64,000 nucleotides of DNA from the human T2T-CHM13v2.0 reference genome, Homo sapiens. Location: the NCBI RefSeq assembly GCF_009914755.1, contig NC_060925.1; one strand, given 5' to 3'. A program made the position numbers and the translations under genes. Each line of letters begins with the position of its first letter. Positions within the stretch are counted from its first letter, which is position 1. Below are positions 1 through 12,799 of this stretch, in pieces. The notes beneath the pieces are model-generated. The model made no database searches, was not told the DNA's origin, and saw only the letters and a program-made list of their open reading frames with translations.

Positions 1-1630
1 GAGGTATTTCAATGTGATTTGAATTTGCCTTTTCTGAGTAACAAATAATGTAAAACATCTCTTTAGGTAAAGATTGATTGCCCATTTGTATTGTTTGTTT
101 GTTTGTTTGTTTTGAGACCAAGGTCTCACTCTGTCCCCCAGGATGGAGTACAGTGGCGCAACCATGGCTCACTGCTGCCTCGACCTCCCTGGACGCATGT
201 GATTCTTCCAGCTCAGCCTCACAAGTAGCTGAGACTACAGGTGCATGCCTGTACACCTGGCTACTTTTTGTGTTTTTTGTAGAGATGGGGTCTCCCTATG
301 TTGCCCATGCTGGTCTCAAACTCCTGGGATCAAGTGATCCTCCTGCCTCGGTCTCCCAAAGTGCTGGGATTCCAGGTGTAAGCCACTGCACCCAGCCAAT
401 GTTGTCCATTTGGATGATATCTTTTTTGAAATATGCACTCACATCTTTTACTGGGTAAATATTGAGTTATCTTGTTGATGCATTGAAAGAGTTATTTATA
501 TATTTTGGATATGAGATATTCATTTTTTCACTATGAGATATTCTCATGAGATATTATTCATTATGAGATATTTCACTATATTCATTATAGAATGATGAAT
601 ATTCACAAGTTGACTTTTGCCTCCCAGTTTGACATTTGCCTTTTTATTTTCCTGTTTTCCAAAGAACAAGTTTTTAATTTTTACGAAGTTCAGTTTTTCA
701 ATTTTGTCCTGTTTTCTTCTAGAAATGTTATAATTTTAGTTCTGATGTTTAAGTCTATAATCTGTTTTGACTTAAATTTTGTATGTATTTACAATAAGTG
801 TTAAAGTTCCTTCCCACACTCACTCCCAATATGAGTATCCAGCTGTTCCCACACAATTTATTGAAAAGACTATCTTTCCCCCATCGAATTACTTTGGTAC
901 CTCTGTCAAAAACCGCTTGTCTATATTTACTTTTATTTAAAGAGTCTGTAATTTTTATGTGGCAAGTACTTTGGTTTTTTTCAATATTGGTGTTTAAGAT
1001 CTATCAGGACAGGACAGAGGAGGCTTTATTCTATGGCTAGCTTAAGCCCTGCTCTCAAGGCCAACCATTTTGGAGTTTCTAACAAATGTTCCAGGTATTC
1101 AATAATGTCTGTCTTCACTCTGGCTGTTTGGAAATGGAATATCCTCCTACTCTCTATGAACTCTGTGAATTATTTAACTTACAGCTCTTTAGTAGTTTTT
1201 CTTATCCTGGCCTCATAGAGTTTTATTGGATGCAAGCTCAGCTTATTCAGGCAAAGACTCAAGGGGATTCCTGGGCAAATGTTTGGAGTTATTTTTCTTA
1301 AAAATTCCCTCTTCTCTGCAACCCAGCCCTTCCAACTTGAGCTGCCTCGGTCTCCCTGAATTTGGTTTTACGTCTCCTCACTCAGTGAGAGTGTTATGCT
1401 CTGCTTGTTCCCCCACTGTGCATGCTAGTTCAGAAAAGGTTCCCATGCAGAAACCTCAGGTAATTATGGGACTTGCCTTGTTAGTTTCCCTTATCTTATG
1501 AGTCACAGTCCTGCAGTTCCTATTGCTCAAGATCTGAACATGATGTGTCATGTGCTTTGTCCCATATTCTAGTTGTTTACAGCAAAAGAGCAAATCTAAT
1601 ATCAGTTATTCCATAGTGGCTATAAGTGGA
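1..1630 (-). mobile_element. Old L1M-type LINE fragments, interrupted by an Alu
   Basis: Typical antisense L1 text, e.g. gtgatttgaatttgccttttctga and ccacacaatttattgaaaagactatctttcccccatcgaatt; T-rich strand bias. Confidence 0.7.
91..397 (-). mobile_element. AluJ-like element
   Basis: (TTTG)n tail, then gagaccaaggtctcactctgt...ctcaaactcctgggatcaagtgatcctcc...gccactgcacccagcc; highly diverged. Confidence 0.9.
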
Positions 1631-1634
1631 AGAT

Positions 1635-2195
1635 TTTGGAAACAGTGCTTCTTGAATTGTTTCATGTCTCCGCACTGTCAGACATACAAATTACTGATAG
1701 CCTTGTTGGAAGGATTGAATGGTAAGCATGCTTTATAAATTAGAAATAGTAAATTGCTCTGGAGAGATCTGAAGTTCCATCTCCATCAGAACTATTTGCT
1801 TACACTCTAAGAGTGATAAAAACCTAGAGACACCTTCCTTTCCTCTCCCCAGAGAGGATCTGTTTACATTTCAGAGCAGCAAGATCTCTTTCATTCTCCC
1901 CTCCCTTCAGGGCAGGTAAGACACATGTGCCAGCCATCTTATAGAAGCTTCAAGCATCATAAATAATCAATCAAGTATCAATAATCAATATCAAATTTAC
2001 CTACTTGTGCAGCGGTTGCTTCATAGGAGAGAAAACTAACATTAGTTTTCTCTCCTATGAAGCAACCGCTGCACAAGTAGGTAAATTTGGCTCCCACTAT
2101 GTTACCCGCGAAACAAGAATTGGGACATGGGGAACTAGTGCTGCTAAGATTCTCTGAGTGAATGATCTGTTTCTGACCCAGAGACCTGTGTTGTC
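1635..2195 (+). mobile_element. Old ERVL-class LTR (LTR40/LTR41-like)
   Basis: ttttctctcctatgaagcaaccgctgcac...gaattgggacatggggaactagtgc...tctgacccagaga resembles the recalled LTR40/41 3' half. Confidence 0.5.
1992..2089. repeat. Perfect inverted repeat: 48-bp arms, 2-nt spacer
   Basis: 1992-2039 is the exact reverse complement of 2042-2089. Confidence 0.97.
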
Positions 2196-5100
2196 AGAAA
2201 AAAATAGATAAGTAAATATAGGGAGATTTTTTTAAAGACTCTTTTAAAGTCTCTCGTGATTGTAAACTTAATCCATGCTCATATTTAAAATCTTTAAAAT
2301 AAAAATCAAAAATTATGAAAAGAAAACACTGTAAACATTTTGACATGTCTCTGAGGAGGAAAAACATAAAGAGAAGATGAGGAAAAAAAGGGGAAAATGT
2401 TTAAACTGTGTTAATAGTTTTTTTAAATTTAGCATTATGTTGTGAGCTATTTTCTCTGTTGCTGAATACTCTTTGAAGCCTGGCATTTAATAATTGAATA
2501 ATCTTCTATTCACTAGATCTCCTTTGGTTTATTTAAATATTCACCTATCACTTGACATTTAAGTCATTTCAAGCCTCATTTATTATAAAGAATGTGACTT
2601 GCATGTAAGTTTTTAGCTACATCTGTGATTAAATCATATTCTTGAGATACAAACACACAGGTGAAAATTTTAGGTCAAATGGAATGAACTTCTTAAGGAG
2701 TTAGAAATGTCATTCATATGACCAAATTCTTTGGCAGGTTTTGAGATGGGCTTCTGTTTTATTTTGAGGAGAAGCTTCTGCCTGCTTTTTGATAGCCAAC
2801 AGACAAAACTTGCATGTCAAGAACCTACAGAGAAGGATGAACCGACTTGTCCTGGCTATCAACAATCTGCAGGAACCTCTGAGCACCTACCTCCCTCCCC
2901 ATTCAAATAGTTTGCACATTTTGCACTCTTGGAGAAAAAGAAATTTTCTTTGTTTTCTTGGTTTCCTTATTTTGTTGTTGTTATTTTGTTTTCAACTACA
3001 ATATTTAATCAAAATTATACATTCAAGGTGAAGATCCATATGCCTTAATAACAGTGATACAGAATTAAAGTCTCACCAGAAATGCTGTTTGAAAACGAGT
3101 GGACTTTTCTTTAAGATTTATAATTTGGGGATGCTCTCTTGCATAAGATTACAAGTTCAGATTTTGTAGACAGATCCTTGGTCAATTGACTAGGCTGTCC
3201 CTGGTCTTTCTGCACACTGGACATGCTTCGGCCAATGGTTCTCACTATTCTTACTAATGTTAGACCCAACATTATGGCAGGAGTAATAGATCAGTAAGAG
3301 GAAGCATAGGGACAGCTTTGAGGTCAATTACCAGAGATATTGTTTAATTTACTCTCATCTCTGACTCAAATCCAGAAAAATATTTACATATCCCTTCCTA
3401 AGCCCAAACTCTCATCAGACACAGATAAATGTTAGTCATATGGAAGGGGAATTACTGGGAGAACAAAAGCTCTGTCTTTGGCTTCTCACACCTGTTGGCA
3501 CTTTCTGTGTGATAAGAACCATGCTAGCATGTGGGAAACAGTGATTTACTGTAACCATGTGAGCCTATCAGCCAGGTCAGTCTGCTCCAGAAGACAGAAT
3601 GTGGAATCACCTGTTCCTGAAATGGCCCCAGGAACATCAATTGCATCGGTAAACAGACAATTAAATTGGCAAATACTGATATGAAAAAAAAACTGCATGC
3701 TAGTTCAGGGGGGTATATGGATATCTTTTCTATTTTAAAAAATAAAAGGGAAAGTTGGAGAATGGGAGGTAGAGAACTATCTAATCACTGGGGCCCTTTG
3801 ATCTTTGGAATGTTGGTTCCAAAACTCTGCTTGAGCCTCTTTGCTGTGTTTCCCCTGTTTTATTTCGATGGCTTCTGTTTGTCAGCCTCTCTGATTTTTC
3901 TGTCTTTATTTCAGATAATTGATGACCCTATGCAACTGTTAAAAAAATGTGGGCATCCCTTTGGACTAGTCTGGATTCCTGATGCTGAGGAAATCGACCA
4001 CACGAACAGCTTCTGGAATTTAACCAGATCCACAAGGGTGAAGAGAGGGCAAGAGATCATCTTAGAGAAATTTTAAACTATTCTATTGTCTTTTGTTCTG
4101 CTTCATGAGAAAGACTAGATTGTGAAATTCATCCCATTTCTAATTCCCACCCAGGGAATAAAAGAGAGAATATTCATTTCCTTTTAATATCAGCTTAAGC
4201 AAAGAAAATGCAGTTACACCAAGGAAAGATGATGGGAGAGTCACAGATGATTCATAATTGACTCCAAATTTCATTCCTGAACATATCTGCTCTCATTAAT
4301 AGTTAAGACAGAAAAACAAATAAAATATAAGAAGCTCCAATCGAGTAGAGCCTCCTTGATTCTTGCTATCTGCAGTGCACTGCATGTGACACTGGCCATT
4401 TAAATCATTATAGTCCTCACATGCCATTTTTCAAACAGAAGACCTAGCTTCTTATCATTGTTTTAAGTCAGTTATGACCCAAGCTTTCCCCATATACAAT
4501 TAGCAGCTTGAAAGGTGGTACCAAATCTTATATATCTTTATATTTCTAGTGTGTGGTATTAGTGCCTTGAACATGGTAGGTGCTCAGTAAACGTGGTTAA
4601 ATTGAATAAACGTAGTGAAAATGTGGGTAGGGGGATCCCAATGGAGCTAATACCTACTGAGCCCCTGATACTTTTTCCAAACTATCTCATTTATTAATTA
4701 CAAGAACTCTATGCAATAAGTCTTATCACCTCCATTTTACAGGTGAGGAAACAGGACCAGAGAGATGAGTACAATCAGCCCAACTAGTTAGTAGCAAGGC
4801 TGGTATTGAAAGTGGATGGGTTTGACTGACAAAATCAATTGACCTCCCCAACTGCAAGACGATCTGAACAGAAACAGTAGGTTATCTTGTCCCCAGCATC
4901 CTTACTCTTCCACAACCTCCTTCAACCAGGCTTTAACCTTCTTCCTTCCTGAGTATTTACTGGGATGTTAATACCAGAACACTAAGGTATTTACATAATG
5001 TAATTTACCATCTAAAGTGGAAGGCATTCAGAGAGAGAATATGAATAAAATAAGAACTAAAATATACAGGGATTTAGGCAAATTTATATTAATACTAATT

Positions 5101-7689
5101 GGGAATATTGGAGACTAACACAATAAAGAAAATATGTAAAATTTGGTTGGACTGTATAAAAATAGTACTAATTACAGTTATTTACATAAATTGCTCAACA
5201 TTCAGCCTAATTACTGTGAATTACAATAATTCTTAGGTAAATGTTTAAATGTGGCTTTGATTAACCTGTGTAGATTGTGCATCTCAGAGCAAGCTTGGCC
5301 CAAGACTACTCAGTCTCTGGATGTGTTGCCCGTGGAGCTTGGACGAGAAGGCACAGAAGCAGGAATCTTGCTCAGAAGGTAGAAATTAATTCATGTCATC
5401 AAAAGAGAAACCATAAGGAATAGACTTTTCCTCAATCCCTGCTTCCCTTTTCCTTTCCCACTAAGTTTTAATATTTTTGTTAAAAAAGAAAAGCTGAAAA
5501 CACAAGTCCTACAGCAATATTTTCAACAGAATTATCCTTTAATGTGAAGGAACAGTCTTCTCTCTCTGTTTCTGCTAATTGGACTAGTAGCTTTTCCTTA
5601 AAAATCCAACCAATTTCACAAGACTTTAGAGGTATGTTTCCAACTGTCTAGTGGCCTTTTTTAAAATGACTTCATAGTAGGCATAAAGCCTCAAATAAAA
5701 GAAGAAAACACTCAAAGGAAAATCTTATTTCATAAATTAATGTACCATCTCAGAGTCTTAGAGGCAAGAAATGTGTATTGAATTACTTGTTCTTGGATAA
5801 AGAGCCTTGAAATGCCCACTATGTGCCCCATCATAAAGACACTGTATTTGTAAGCTTCCACAGTGTGTTGTCTCACTAATAGATGTACCTAAAAGATATA
5901 TATTGGGAAGGCAGCTAACCATGAAAATTTGCTATAGCCTAATAAGTAAAGGTATCATGCTAGGCTAGAAGTATAGTAATAACTGGTAACATGATTCGAA
6001 ATAAAATTGGCATTAGTCATTCAAGAAATAGAAAACTGTAACTTAGTTTAGCAAAGATTTAAAAAGCAGTGCTAGTTCACTCTCTCCCTGCTTTCTCATG
6101 CATTTCCCTCCTTTCTCCTTCCATAAGAAATGACTAATCTTTAATATGAGGTCAACAACATAGGAAGTCCTTGGGTGGAGAGAACATGGTAAAATAACAA
6201 GCAAGCAAAGCCACACATGGACAAATGCCAGATAATGTAACAGCCACTTTCTAGATGTGAGCCGAGGGGTATGGAGTCCAGTCAATTTAAAAGAAACAAA
6301 ACTGATATAATCATTGAGAGTAATCAGGCTACGTGCAGTCAAAGTAACTTGAAGGAAGTAGTAGATGTGGGTTGGTGCCAAAGAGTGACAAGGCTGTGCA
6401 GTTGGAGGAAAGAGCAGCCATTAATAGGCATATATTGTTTGAAAGATACTGCTGGGGATGTTCATTCACAGTTGTGAAGATAACAAACATTCTTAATATC
6501 CAGTAATATATTTTAGCAAACAGAACATATATTCACAGGATGATATATTATGTGATTATTTAAAATGATCAGGAATACTAAGTAATGACTTAAGAAGAAA
6601 CTTTTGATATCATGTTAAGCAACAAGAGTAATTACAAAGTTGTACGTATGGTACATCTACAACTACATTAAAAATGCCTCGAAAAAATGTGTTAAGAAAT
6701 AAACCAAAATATTTACACTGGAAATAAGTTTTTCTTTTCAAAATCATGTTTAATGGCACATACTATATTTATAATAAAAACTTTGGAGAAGCACAGGCTG
6801 CTCAAGAGAGTGGGTTGCTCATAATATTCTTCTCCTAAAAGATCTCCAGCATAACCTCTCTCTAGGTTTCAATCTCTCCATTTGGGAAATTTGATGCTTA
6901 CTCATAACAACTTCGCTGCCTGGCTGTCAGGGTAAATTGAGATGAGCAAAGCAGCACATATAATCGTACCTTGTTTACTTAAGAGTCTGAGAACTCACTC
7001 CCAACATACATTTGTAATACATGTTCAATTATGCTTCTGCCTTCTGTCTCATGATAAAAATAACTTTGAACAAATTTTCAGTTTAAAGTTGAATCATTGC
7101 TAATTAGTTCTTCTTCAACCTCTACACTCTAAAATTGGACTTAACTATTTGTAATGATTACCAGCAACGTCTATAGAAACTTAGTCAAAGACTACCATTG
7201 ACATGATCCAACAGAGACATGAAGGAACATTGTTAGGATGGTGGATCTATTTCTCAGACGTCTAACTTTTAAGTTTCTTGAGATTACAAACAATATTTTT
7301 GAGCCACTTTCTAAGTTAGGCCTCTTGGAAGTACAAATAACAAGAGCCGCTCTAGCCAAGCTTAAGCAATAAAAGGGAAAAAATAGTATCGTGAGGATTT
7401 AATAACAGCTTAGAGAAAACAAGAAAAACTAAGCATGCTCTTAGGAAAGGGATGACAACCAGAAACTGAAAAGTTGTAAGAAATCCAGGCAGACCTCTGT
7501 ACACCTTTCAGCTCTGTTCTTTCAGAAGATGTTTCATCTTTTTTTCTCCCACATGCCATAGACACCAACAACTTCCAAATTTAAGTAGTACACATCCAGC
7601 TACCCAGAGAGAAATTGACCTGTCCTCTCGTTTCTAATTCCAAATTCCTGGAGATACCACTCTAAAGAGCTCAGCTTGTTCAATCCCCC

Positions 7690-7920
7690 AGTGAACAGGT
7701 AATTTTTCAACCCTCGTCTCCCTCTTACCTTTTCACTTTTTGGAGTCTCTAGTGTCTATTGTATGTCCGTGTGTTCCCATCGTTTAGCTCCCACTTATAA
7801 GTGAAAACATGCTGTATTTGACTTTCTATGTCTGCATTATTTCAGTTAGGATAATGGCCTCCAGTTCCAACCACACTGCTGCAAAGGATGTGATTTCATT
7901 CTTCTTTATGGGTGAGTAGT
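7690..7920 (-). mobile_element. L1PA/L1PB 3'-end fragment
   Basis: tttagctcccacttataagtgaaaacatg...aggataatggcctccagttcca...gctgcaaaggatgtgatttcattctt. Confidence 0.85.
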
Positions 7921-10900
7921 TGGAATATGTTATGATTTTTAGCTGTTTACCTCAATCATCTTTTGATGGCCTGGTGACAGCAAAGATGTTTTATCGCATT
8001 CCCTATAATGAAAAGAGAAACTCTCAGATTGGTAAAATCTGGGTCTTCCCTTTGTGCAAAAACATGAAAGCCTGGAAACTTTCTCTATCCTTCTATCACA
8101 CACCCACATTGGTCTATAGTAGCCTAATAGTTTACCCTGTAATCACTTACTGCCTATTCATGTGTGGCCTACACTTCTTAGGTTTCCTCCTGTACGTTCT
8201 TTATATCACCAAGCTAAGAGAACACACTGGCAATAAAGTAATAGGTGAATGCCCATCAATTACAGCACTTTGGACGCTCACTGGCCAGAAGACAAGAGTA
8301 CCGGATCATCTGTCTCCTTCCTTTCTGAGTCTCCTATTTTTCAATCTGTCTCCATCCAGCCAATACATTTCATCTTCCCTACACAAACACCAAACAGTTA
8401 AATCAAAAGGGAAGAGAAAATGGGGCTGTTTAATTTTGGAATGTCCAAATAGTTTTTTACATCCCTCTTCCAAAATATCTCAAGATCTTTGGCAAAGGGA
8501 GCTTGGTATTCAAAACCTTGGCATGGTGGTATCCTAGTCTGGGATCCCAACAGTTGTCTGTAGCACTCTTTCTAATTTCCCGTTGGGAACAGCTAGGAGA
8601 TGCTATTTATTAAATAACTGCCCCAATTCTGCAGCCCACTTTCCACCCCACCAGTAGGAAATCACTGGTATTTTAAGGTTGATTACAGTGAAGTCTGTCC
8701 ATTGTCATGAGTGTAGAAAAGGTTGGGTTTACTTGCAAGGGAAAGATGCTTTGTTACTGCTATCCTATGTTATCAAGGGGTTGTTAAATAGGTAAGTATG
8801 GAGTCCAAATGATAAAATAATTGACAACCATCCTTCCACTTCCTTGGTAAGATGTTTCTGGTGTTATCTCTTATGTCTGATGCACAGTTAAGTGGGAGGC
8901 AGGATTGATAGGAGACTCCGAAAAACAAAGGTAAAATCACATTCGCCATCACTTTCCTTTTCAGAGTAAGAACACCTAAAAATTTTAAAATAAACTCAGG
9001 ATCTAATTTGATGCCGAGTATGACTCAACCAAATATCCCTCCAGGGACACAGGAAACTTAGTACATTTCTTTCTGATGGCTTTATTAACTCCACCTTTTG
9101 CCAATAAATGTAAGTCCATTTGAGGACAGTGGGCTCTAATTGCTCCAGGAAACATGGCTGAGGCTCTTTACTCTAATTCATCCCCTGCACAGAATCCACA
9201 AGGCTGCTCCGGCTTGAAAGAAAGACTTCTCTCTGAGACAGGGCTATTGCCTTTGAAATCCATGTTGACAGAAGTCCTGTGGGTTCATAGATGCTTTGTG
9301 CACTTTTCACATTTCTATTGTATGAGGGAGACAGAGGGAGAGAAATAAAAAAACAAGAAGAGTTAAAAAAAAGAAAATTAAATGTAGTAGTTTAAATAAG
9401 TCAAATTAAGTGTCACTATAATATATTAGGGTCACTTCATAGTCCTAGAGCAGTGCCTGGTACACAGTGACCACTAAGTAAATGTTTGTTGAATGAATGA
9501 GATTTTCAAACCATTCATAATTAAGGAAGTTATTAATTATCCCAAACAGATATGAGAGCATGGGAATGTTGTTCTTCGGAATTCAACTCTCTTTCAGTAT
9601 ATATTCACCTGAATGGCTTGCTAATTTAAAAATTCTAACTAGTATTTTTTAGAGAAAAATGCCAAATCACCTTCCCTTTTATTTCCACAACACAAATAAT
9701 CAATTGCAATCTGTACTTACTGACATTTTCAACTCCTGGGTGGGGCAATTTCCACAAAGCAGGTTAAGTAAAACATTCAATTTCCCAGGTCACTGGGCAG
9801 GGTTCGAGGCTCTGACCTCACCTGCCCTCGCTATCCCACTCCAAAACTTCAGGTTAGCCTGAAAAGAGCCAGGAAAATGCTGGTAGATTGCATGATAAAC
9901 AGTGTTTTCCTGGGTCATTGGGAAGCCCAGCCACCCTCTCTGAGAACCCAGCCCAAATGCTAATGCAGCAGCAGATAGGAGCAGGGTAACAGGTGGTAGG
10001 AAGGGAGAGCCAGGCAGGTCAGAGTAAGGCTCAACCTTGAACCTTTAAACTCAGCATCATCAGCAAACAGCCCTCTCTTCTACTTGAACCAACTGCACAG
10101 CTCTATTCAGGCAGCTGGGTTTCCCCGGATATTTTCCAGAGGTGTTTCTGGGGATGGGCCCTGCACTTTGCCCTTTATCATGGGGAGGGATGACTGTGGG
10201 TCAGTTTCACTCAGCGGGAGACGCCAGTCCTCCTACAAAGTAGGATAGCCCTCCACTCAAATATTCATTTATTTTGCTCTTCCTCATTCCATCTGTCAAT
10301 GTCTGAGGCCTAAAGGCCTCTGATGTAGTTCACATGGTGGATGGATGGTGGCATATTTGTAAGTTGTTTGATAAGTTGAGCTTGGTTCATTCCAAAAGAA
10401 TTTTATCTTCTCCAGATCATACTGATGTTGGGAGGTGACCCAATAACAGAGGCAATGCCAACTCTTCCCTTTCTAGACAGCTGTCTCTACCCTTATAGTG
10501 CATGGTTGATGGATGTTATCAGCCTGTGTCACACTTCTTTGCTTTTGGTCCCAAAGGATATGTTCATTTCTCCTTCCCACCAATCCTACACATAAGCTTA
10601 ACTCCTTCACATACGTAAATATACAGATTCTAAATGTTATTCAATTTCTTTGTGTTGCAGAAGGTAGCTGTTCTCCTTGTTTTATAGCAATATAAAATGA
10701 ATAGTACCCTGAGTCTAATTCATAATTCATTAATACCAGTGTTACATCTCTGAGAATATTTCTAAAAGAACTTTAGTGGATACTGTGGCTTTTCTCCAGG
10801 ACATCAGTGAAAAATATTTAGGGATTCTTCATGTTATCCAGCAGAATAATTGAAGGCCTTAGAGTCTGCATATTCTCTGACTATACCTCTTCTTGGGGAA

Positions 10901-11191
10901 ATAAATTTTGAAATTTTAGTTTTGAAACTAGTTTTGTGAAGGTTCAAATACATCTCTTAACCCTTTGAGTAATGTTGCCATAGACAAGCAGTTGTCAAAA
11001 TGGCCCAAGGAATCTAGGGGTCTCTGAGACCATTTAAAAGACTCCATATGTACCAACTATTTTTATAGTAACACCAAGACACTACATGCTTTTTTTACTG
11101 TATTGACATTTGCACTGATAGTACAAAATCAATAACACGTAAAATTGTTGGTGATTTAGCATAAATTAAGGCACTAATACCAACTGTATTA

Positions 11192-11415
11192 CAGGATAAA
11201 TATCCCTTATCCAAAATATTTAGAACCAAAAGTTTCAGATTTCAACTTTGCTTTGGATTTTGTACTATTTGCATTATATTGGTTCAGCATCCCTAATCTA
11301 AAAATACAAAATGCTCCATTGAGCATTTTCTTTGAGTGTAATGTTGGGGCTCCAAAAGTTTCAGATTTTGGAGCATTTTGTATTTGGGGTTTTGGAATTC
11401 AGGATATTCAACCTA
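11192..11415. mobile_element. Tigger4/MER46-type TcMar MITE nested in Charlie1
   Basis: Degenerate TIRs caggataaatatccc...ggatattcaaccta flanked by TA; internal aaaagtttcagattttggagcattt. Confidence 0.75.
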
Positions 11416-11991
11416 TAGTTGTTATTGTTCTATTCTTGCTGCACCTTCCCAGATAAGAAAAAAGTACCCATTTCTCCTAAAAATAACCTTTGATAAATCA
11501 GTGAAAACTATTAATGTTATCAAATCTCAACCTTTGAGTATGTTACAAATTGGGAAGTAAACATAAAGCGATGCTGCTACACACCAAAGTATTCTGATTT
11601 GCCTCAAGGGAGAGCACTTGGAGATCATTTGAGTTGCAAGCTGAACTTGCCACTGATTTCATGGATCATTATATTTACTTTAACGGTTGTCAGACAAACT
11701 GTGGTTAGTCAAGCTTTGCTATTTGTCAGACATTTTCTCAGAAATAAAGTGATTCTGTCAGTACAATAATGCAACTGAGAGTATTTGTTGTCAGTGGTAA
11801 AATTTGAGATTTCAAGTGAAGATTAGAATTTTGACAAAATCTTATTTTGGCATATAGCTTTTTATAGTGACATTTAGCTTGACAAGTTCCCAATATTTAA
11901 AGCTATTTCTGATGAGATCAGCGCTGATGTTGATGAATGTAATTTGTAATATTGTATAATGAAATATGTCAATATTTGCAAGGGCTGCATA

Positions 11992-12531
11992 AGACAATGT
12001 AACATCTAGAATTTTGACCCCATGACCTTTGACTTTTGGCTCCTGGTGCCATGGTTTTGATATTTTACATGGCAAAAGAGTTGGCAGATATAATTAAGGT
12101 GACTAATCAGTTGATTTTAAGATAGAGAGATTACCCTGGATTATCTGAGTGGATTCAAGCTGCAAAAATGCTCAACAGGAGAGAGAGGCAATGGAAGAGA
12201 AAGCCAGAGAAATATGAAGCATGAGGAGGACTGAGCTTGCTTTAGCTGGCTTGAAGACAGAGGATGCCACATGAAAAGCATAGGAAGGAAATGAATTCTG
12301 CCAAAATCCTTAACTTGAGAATAGATTCTTCCCCAGAGCCTCCAATAAGCAATACAGCACTCCTGTCACATCCTGACACATCGATTTTTGCCTTTTGAGG
12401 CCTAAGCAGAGAACCTAATTCATTTATGGTATGTCCAGACATTTGACGCATGCAATTTGGGGAAAATGGGTGTTGTTTTAAACCCCTAAGTTGTTGGAAA
12501 TTTGTTGCAGCAGCAATAGAAAACTAATACA
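11992..12531 (+). mobile_element. MLT1D/E-like MaLR LTR nested in Charlie1
   Basis: gcagatataattaaggt...gagattaccctggattatc...gcagcagcaatagaaaactaataca terminus. Confidence 0.8.
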
Positions 12532-12799
12532 TTCAGTGAACTATAGTTTCCAAATGGCCAACTCATGATCTAACAAAATCATGCATGATTAAATGGACAA
12601 ACAGGACTAATGGATTTTAATGTCACTAATTATGAAAGTTTCATAATACGGTTTCAGAATCCAAGTTGCAGCTTACCTTTAAGAAATTGTCACTTATGTA
12701 AGTTGAGTATATTATCAAAGAAGAATGTTTACACTTTCCTAAAAAGGACATTAAAATGTTTCTTCCTTTTGCAGCTACAGCCATCTTTCATTTGTCATT

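Larger units (their letters stand above)
10989..12790. mobile_element. Charlie1-type hAT DNA transposon remnant with two nested insertions
   Basis: ttgacatttgcactgatagtacaaaa, gagttgcaagctgaact and tggattttaatgtcact match recalled Charlie1; the sequence resumes after each insert. Confidence 0.75.

Noticed and set aside
78-458. Alu-derived ORFs here and at about 25.5-26.2, 31.5 and 38.8-39.0 kb
   Set aside because: Typical Alu translations; no coding evidence.
1992-2089. Calling the palindrome a miRNA gene
   Set aside because: A 2-nt spacer and perfect stem are atypical of pre-miRNAs, and there is no expression evidence; kept only as a structural finding.
7920-8537. Longest ORF in the track (205 aa)
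   Set aside because: No recognisable domain or splice context; starts at an L1 edge and its composition looks like translated non-coding DNA.
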